In this document: positions 57,117 to 64,000 of the stretch, piece after piece
How the letters are laid out: every line of letters begins with the position of its first letter
How positions within the stretch are numbered: the first letter of the stretch is position 1
Source: the human T2T-CHM13v2.0 reference genome, Homo sapiens
DNA length: 64,000 bases
NCBI RefSeq assembly: GCF_009914755.1
Contig: NC_060930.1
Direction: 5' to 3' (one strand)
Translations under genes and position numbers: made by a program
The notes under the pieces: model-generated
Database searches by the model: none
The model's input: only the letters and a program-made list of their open reading frames with translations
Told to the model about the DNA's origin: nothing

Positions 57117-58660
57117 TATCAAATTTGCCATTCTGTACTTTTTAAGTCAGGCATTTTGCATGTTTACTTTTAAGGATAATACTTATATGTGTTGATTTGA
57201 TCCTGTCATCATGATGTCAGCTGGATATTATGCAGACTTGATAGCGTAATTGCTTTATAGTGTTCAGAGGTCTAGTCCTTAAGTATATTTTTGTGGTGGC
57301 CAGTAACAGTCTTTTGTTTCCATATTTGGCACTCACTTAAGGACCTCTTGTAAGGCATGTCTGGTGGTAATGAATTCTCTTAGCATTTGCTTGTCTGAAA
57401 AGGATCTTGTTTCTCCTTTGCTTATTAAGCTTAGTCTTGCTGCACAGGAAATACTTGGTTGGAATTTTTTTTGCTGAACATAGGTCTCCAAATCTCTCCT
57501 GGCTTGTAGTGCTTTTGCTGAAAGGTCTTCTGTTAGCCTCATCGGAATCCCTTTGTAGGTGACCTGCCCCTTTTCTCTAGCTGCCTTAGTATTTTTTCTT
57601 TGATGTTGACGTTGGAGAATCTGATGCCTACATGTCTTGGGGATGGTTGTCTTGTATAGTATCTCACAGGGGTTTTCTGCATTTCCTGAATTTGAATTTT
57701 GGCCTCTCTAGCAAGGCTGGAAAAATTGCTTTTTCTCTCTCTCTTTCAGGGATGTCAATGAGTCACAGATTTGGTCTCTACCTAATCTCATATTTCTCAG
57801 TGGTTTTGTTCACTCTTTTTAATTATCTGTTCATTATTTTTGTCTGAGTTGATTTGAGGAACCAGTCTTCAAGCTCTGAGATTCTTTCCTCAGCTTGGTC
57901 TATTCTGATGTTAGTAGTCTATTCTGATGTTAACAATGCTTGTGATTGCATTATGAAATTCTTGTAGTGAGTTTTTCAGCTCTATCAGTTCAGTTTGGTT
58001 CTTTCTTAAAATGGCTATTTCGTTTCATCTCTTGTATTGTTTTATTGGATTCCTTAGATTCCTTGGATTGGGTTTCAACTTTCTCCTGAATCTCAATGAT
58101 CTTTTTTCTATCCAGATTCTCAATTCTATCTCTGTCATTTCAGTTTTGTTAAGAACCATTGCTAGGGAACCAGTGGGGTTGTCTGGAGGTAAGAAGGCAC
58201 TCTAGTTTTTTGAATTGCCAGAGTTCTTGCATTGATTCTTTCTCATCTGTGTGGGCTGACATTCCTTTAATCTTTGAAGTTGCTATCCTTTGGATAGGGC
58301 TTTTTACTTTTATATTCTTTGATATTCTTGAGGGTTTGATTGTGGTATAATGTCGGTTCAGTTGACTGGCTTCATTCTGGATGCTTTCAGGGCACCAAGG
58401 CTCAGCTCATCACTCATGGGCTATGTGATGTAACGCTGATGGGCTGGTACTGGGCCCCCCAACTTTGTTCTCTGCCCCATAGAGGTTAGAAAGCTGCTGC
58501 ACTCTGGGGGCAAGGTATTCCCAGTATGCTGGTAACAGTACTCTGATGGGGGTGCTGGCCACACACTTCATCAAGGTGGTGGCAGCAGGATCCATGCCTG
58601 TGCATTTGTGCCAGCAGAAGCAGGGGTACAGCAAGATGCATACATCTGTGGGAGCAGGGT
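57117..58660 (-). mobile_element. 5' continuation of the older L1 (ORF2 start, ORF1, 5' region)
   Basis: Collinear with the sequence ending at 50653; ORF1 remnant RLTEDLSAKALQARRD...FSDKQMLREFITTR. Confidence 0.85.
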
Positions 58661-58664
58661 GCCT

Positions 58665-59400
58665 GAAGGATATTTCATAATGATAAAGGATCAATTCCTC
58701 AAGAAAAAAATCTAAGTGTATAGGCACCAAATAACATAGTTTCAAAATACATAAAATAAAAAATATATTTAAAAGGTAAAAGAAAAGTCTTCTAGTCCTA
58801 ATCAGAAACATTAACAATTTGTATTTTATAGAATAAGCACATGAAATATCTGTAGGAATATAGAACATCTGAGCAGCACTCAATCTAATTGACAAATATA
58901 GAACACTGTATCCAACAATCGCAGAATAAATGTTATTTAAGTGTACATGCAACATGCACCAGTATCAACCATATGCAGGAATATAAAGTAAATCAATAAA
59001 TTTCAATTGAGTGAAACTATATTTTAAAACCACATAGAATTAAATTAGAAATCAAAACCAAATGTAAGAAAATCCTAAGTATTTCAAAATTAGCATTTTA
59101 TATTATTTAGTAAAATTATTTTTAAAATGAACAAATAAATATAAATTAGAAAATATTCTGAATATAAAAATACAGCATCAAAATATGTGGGATGCAACAA
59201 AAACAATGCCTAGGGTGAAGTGTAAAGCTTTAAGCATAATAAATATTGAAAAGAAGAGAGGTAGAAAAATCAAAGATCTAAGTTTTCATCTCAAGAAACT
59301 AAAAAAAGAAGAGAAAATTAAACCAAAAATAAAGGAAGGAAATAAAATTGAGAATAAAAAAATCAATGAGCGATAGACAATAGAGAAAAAGCAAAGTGCA
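58665..59400 (+). mobile_element. Old L1M ORF2 endonuclease-region fragment
   Basis: atttcataatgataaaggatcaattc; MWDATKTMPRVKCKALS remnant. Confidence 0.7.
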
Positions 59401-59409
59401 GTGTTGGAT

Positions 59410-59625
59410 TTGTGAATCTGGCTCCTAGAAATCCAACCTCAGATCCACCACTAATTAGCTGTGTGGCCTCAGGCAAATTAATAAGACACTGTATGACCAT
59501 TTCCACACATATAAATGGGTATAACAACATCAATGTACCATGTCATAGGGTTGTTTTGAATATTAAATGAGTTAAAACATATAAAGGACTATGGTTCTGC
59601 TACATAAATAAGTACCATATAAGTG
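59410..59625 (+). mobile_element. MIR
   Basis: ccaccactaattagctgtgtggcctcaggcaaatta...catagggttgttttgaatattaaatgag. Confidence 0.7.
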
Positions 59626-59930
59626 TCTTCTGTCATCATTGTCATCAGCATCATCATCAACATAGGCTGCTCAGAGGATGTGATTCTCCAAACTTGGTTT
59701 AGACATTGGGACCTAGTACCAGGTAAACAGTGGAAACTCTTTTCTTATATGTTTAAAACAAAAAGACACATATCTTTCTATGAAAAACTGCATCAAGTAA
59801 ATTCTATCATCAGCCCAGCCCTGAAATAAGGGCTGCCCTTCTTTCTGTGTTCCAGAATTTAGAAGGTTAATCTTTGATGCATGTTTAGTGTCAACATAAA
59901 CAAGAACCAAGTCACTTAAAACCCTGCTTA

Positions 59931-60216
59931 GTCCAGGTGCAACGGCTCACACCCGTAATCCCTGCACTTTGGGAGGCTGAGGTGTCAGAATTGCTTGAGC
60001 CCAAGAGCTTGAGACCACCTGAGCAGTGTAGTGAGACTCTCTACAAAAATTTTTTTAAAGAAGTAGCCAGGCATGGTTGTGTGAACCTATAGTCCCAGCT
60101 GCTTGGGATGCTGAGGTGGAAGGATTACTTGAGCCAGGAGGTCAAGCCAGGATTGCACCACTGTACTCCAATCTGGGCGACAGAGTCAGACCCTGTCTCA
60201 ATCAATCAATCAATAA
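59931..60216 (+). mobile_element. AluJ
   Basis: TSD taaaaccctgcttag at 59917-59931 and 60217-60231; (AATC)n tail. Confidence 0.9.
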
Positions 60217-60534
60217 TAAAACCCTGCTTAGAAACATCTCACAGGTAGACAATTCAGAAAACCCTGTATTATTTTGTTGATAATTTGTGTGTGCTATTCT
60301 TATACATTTTTGTGAAATGTATAACACTTTCTGTGTAGTAATTTAAAAGTACTGAATGACATTGTGGAATATGTTTTGGTTTCCATTTTTCTATGCTGTA
60401 TCATATTTTTAAGATCTGTTTATATTGTTGTATGTACTTAAAGTTTCTCTCAGTCCTGGATTTTTTAGTTCTGTTAGTAGTATCTGACATTTTTCAGAGA
60501 CAGAACAGAGACTAAACCAACTTATTAAAACTTA

Positions 60535-61137
60535 ACAGGTGGGAGTGGGGTGTACTTAATGGGTACAATGGAAGTTATTTGAGTGATGGATACCATAAAA
60601 GTCCTGACATCACCACTATACAATCTATACATGTAACAAAATTGCACTTGTAACCCATACATTTGTATTAATAAAACACTTCCCCCAAAATTTAAAAAAT
60701 AAAACCTACCAGCATAAAAAATCATAAATAAACTTAACCAAGGAGGCAAAAACCATATACACTAAAAACTATGAAACACTGGTGAAAGAAATTAAAGACC
60801 ACAAAGATAAATGGAACAAAATTCCATATTTATGGATTGGAAGAGTTAATATTGCTAAATGTCAAAACTACTAAAGAAGATCTACAGAGTCAATGCAATC
60901 TCTATCAAAATCCCAATGATGTTTTTTGCAGTAACAGAATAATAATACATCTTAAAATTCACATGGAATCTCAAGGCACCCTGAATAGCCAAAAGAATCT
61001 TGAAAAGAATAAGTAAGTCACACTTTCCAATTTCAAAACTTATAACAAAGCTACATTAATCAAAGCAATGTGGTACTGGCATAAAGACAGAAATATAGAC
61101 CAATGGACTAGAATAGAGAGCCCAGAAATAAACCCTA
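60535..61137 (+). mobile_element. L1 fragments (3'UTR piece, then L1M ORF2 piece)
   Basis: catgtaacaaaattgcacttgtaacc; gtggtactggcataaagacagaaatatagaccaatgg. Confidence 0.75.
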
Positions 61138-61705
61138 TGCAACCACCCTTGCAAAACTTAAAACAGTGAGAAAATTATGACAGTGAAGGAGATCTGATCC
61201 AACCAGCCTGCATCTTGCCTTTACCCTCCAAATGCCCTTAGTCATTCCTGGGATTGGGTCAAGCTAACTTTGGAAGAAATTTAGTTTGTAGTTTAAATGA
61301 TAATAGCCCTTCCCCCAAACTAAACTACTTTCGTAAAACTAATGAAAGACCACCAGAATGGGAGAATGAGAGGAGCCTCAATTCTACTAAGACATAGATG
61401 TGAACAATTACCAGTCATTATTCTGCAAATCACAAGATTCGCAACTTCCTCAATTACTCCTGCAGGTAATATCACTATTATAGATCCTGAGGTTGGCCTT
61501 TTGAGATGTCTTTTCAGGCTTTTGCAATTCTGACAACCAGATGGCACCACCTGACCTGCCAACCAGTCCTGCGGCCTTCGCCCAGAAGTGGACTCAGCAT
61601 AAGGATCATTTCCCACACCTCTGTGATTGCACCGCCAACCAATCAGCAGCACTCATTCCTTTGTCATCTCTCTCCCTGCCAAACTATCCTTGAAAAAACC
61701 CTAGC
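61138..61705 (+). mobile_element. LTR8-family (LTR8A/B-like) ERV1 LTR, interrupted by L1
   Basis: tgcaaccacccttgcaaaac...gagaaaattatgacagtgaaggagatctga; caaccaatcagcagcac; breaks at ttgaaaaaaccctagc. Confidence 0.8.
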
Positions 61706-64000
61706 AGGATCGTTACAAGATGGCCGAAGAGGAACAGCTCTAGTCTACAGCTCATGCATCTGCGTGAGTGACGCAGAAGACAGGAGATTTCTGCATTTCC
61801 AACTAAGGTACTGGGTTCATCTTACTGGGACTTGTTGGACAGTGGGTGCAGGCCATGGAGTGTGAGCCAAAGTAGGGCGGGGCATCACCTCACCCTGGAA
61901 GCACAAGGGGTCAGGGAATTCCCTTTCCTAGCCAAGGGAAGCCGTGACAGATGGTACCTGGAAACTCGGGACACTCCCGCCCTAATACTGCGCTTTTCCA
62001 ATGGTCTTAGCAAACGGCACACCAGGAGATTATAACCCGTGCCTGGCTCGGCGGTTCCCACACCTATGGAGCCTTGCTTACTGCTAGCACAGCAGTCCGA
62101 GATCAAACTGCAAGACGGCCCCAAGACTGGGGGAGGGGCGTCTGCCATTGCTGAGGCTTGACTAGGTAAACGAAGCGGCCAGAAAGCTCAAACTGGGTGG
62201 AGCCCACCAGAGCTCAACCAGGCCTGCCTGCCTCTGTAGACTCCACTTCTGGGGGCAGGGCATAACTTAACAAAAGGCAGCAGAAACCTGCAGACTTAAA
62301 CGTCCCTGTCTGACAGCTTTGAAGAGAGCAGTGGTCCTCCCAGCACAGAGTCTGAGATCTGGGAATGGACAGACTGCCTCCTCAAGTGGGTCCCTGACCC
62401 CTGAGTAGCCCAGTGGGAGACACCTCCCAGTAGGGGCCGACTGACACGTCATACAGCCAGGTGCCCCTCTGAGATGAAGGTTCCAGAGGAAGGATCAGGC
62501 AGCAACATTTGCCGTTCTGCAATATTTGTTGTTCTGCAGCCTCTGCTGGTGACACCCAGGCAAACAGCGTCTGGAGTAGACCTCCAGCAAACTCCAAAAG
62601 ACCTGCAGCTGAGGGTCCTGAATGTTAGAAGGAAAACTAACAAAGCATCAACAAAACTAGCATCAACATCAACAAAAAGGACATCCACACCAAAACCCCA
62701 TCTGTAGGTCACCATCATCAAAGACCAAAGTTTGATAAAACCACAAAGATGCGGAGAAAACAGAGTAGAAAAGCCAAAAATTTTAAAAATCAGAGCGACT
62801 CTTCTCCAAAGGATCGCAGCTCCTCGCCAGCAAAGGAAGAAAGCTGGATGGAGAATGACTTTAATGAGTTGACAGAAGTAGGCTTCAGAAGATTGGTAAT
62901 AACAAACTTCTCCGAGCTAAAGGAGGGTGTTCGAACCCATCTCAAAGAAGCTAAAAACCTGGAAAAACGATTAGACAAATGGCTAATTACAATAAACAGC
63001 ATAGAGAAGATCTTAAATGACCTGATGGAGCTGAAAACCATGGCATGAGAAATACGTGACGAATGCACAAGCTTCAGTAGCTGACTCGATCAACTGGAAG
63101 AAAGGGTATCAGAGATTGAAGATCAAATGAATGAAATGAAGTGAGAAGAGAAGTTTAGAGACAAAAGAGTAAAAAGAAATGAACAAAGTCTCCAAGAAAT
63201 ATGGGACTATGTGAAAAGACCAAATCTACGTTTCATTGGTGTACCTGAAAGTGACGGGGAGAATGGAACCAAGTTGGAAAACACTCTTCAGGATATTATG
63301 CAGGAGAACTTCCCCAACCTAGCAAGGCAGGCCAACATTCAAATTCAGGAAATACACAGAACGCCACAAAGATACTCCTCCAGAAGGGGAATCCCAAGAC
63401 ACATAATTGTCAGATTCACCAAGGTTGAAATGAAGGAAAAAATGGTAAGGGCAGCCAGAGAGAAAGGTCGGGTTACCCACAAAGGGAAGCCCATCAGACT
63501 AACAGCAGATCTCTCAGCAGAAACACTACAAGCCAGAAGAGAGAGGGGGCCGATATTCAACATGCTTAAAGAAAAGAATTTTTAACCCAGAATTTCATAT
63601 CCAGCCAAACTAAGCTTCATAAGTGAAGGAGAAATAAAATCCTTTACAGACAAGCAAATGCTGAGAGATTTTGTCACCACCAGGCCTGCCTTACAAGAGC
63701 TCCTGAAGGAAGAACTAAACATGGAAAGGAACAACCAGTACCAGCCACTGCAAAAATAGGCCAAATTGTAAAGACCATCGATGCTATGAAGAAACTGCAT
63801 CAACTAATGAGCAAAATAACCAGCTAACATCATGATGACAGGATCAAATTCACACATAACAATATTAACCTTCAATGTAAATGGGCTAAAAGCCCCAATT
63901 AAAAGACACAGACTGGCAAATTGGATAAAGAGTCAAGACCCATCAGTGTGCTGTATTCAGGAGACCCATCTCACATGCAGAGACACACATAGGCTCAAAA
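61706..64000 (+). mobile_element. L1 (L1PA5/6-like): intact 5'UTR, disrupted ORF1, start of ORF2; runs off the window
   Basis: caagatggccgaa YY1-site start; ORF1 MRRKQSRKA with internal stops; ORF2 start atgacaggatcaaattcacacataac. Confidence 0.93.
61885..62148 (-). CDS. L1 antisense ORF0 homologue (87 aa), open reading frame only; expression unknown
   Basis: MADAPPPVLGPSCSLISDCCAS...EPGTGYNLLV resembles primate L1 ORF0 (MAGAPPPASLPPCSLISDCCAS); true ATG in gcaATGG context. Confidence 0.55.
   Translation of the reverse strand: MADAPPPVLGPSCSLISDCCASSKQGSIGVGTAEPGTGYNLLVCRLLRPLEKRSIRAGVSRVSRYHLSRLPLARKGNSLTPCASRVR

Noticed and set aside
56570-57145. 191-aa ORF, the longest in the window
   Set aside because: Non-ATG start in the L1 5'UTR antisense strand. 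The real ORF0 ATG at 56661 is frameshifted and stops after 21 codons.
55360-63446. An inversion already present in this haplotype
   Set aside because: The left L1's TSDs match across both ends and the host L1 is collinear, which indicates ancestral orientation.

Overview
Primate (human or great-ape-like) genomic DNA, AT-rich and dominated by retroelements. The only host coding sequence is a 145-bp internal exon on the minus strand (30668-30812). It encodes [49 protein letters not shown], which I recognise as exon 2 of B3GAT2 (GlcAT-S, HNK-1 glucuronyltransferase). The rest of the window is intronic: L1 elements of many ages, Alus, MIR/L2, MaLR/ERV LTRs and MER DNA transposons. Best observations: (1) two head-to-head L1s of different subfamilies share a perfect 251-bp ORF1 tract including the same nonsense codon, a gene-conversion signature and candidate inversion substrate; (2) an L1PA3-like copy with a 3' transduction; (3) a 257-bp TSD-flanked polyadenylated insert of unknown origin inside a full-length L1; (4) an intact L1 ORF0 oriented sense to B3GAT2; (5) exon 2 has no stop codon in any sense frame. 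Repeat subfamily names come from remembered consensus sequences, and boundaries of old repeats are approximate. No prokaryote-type system is present.
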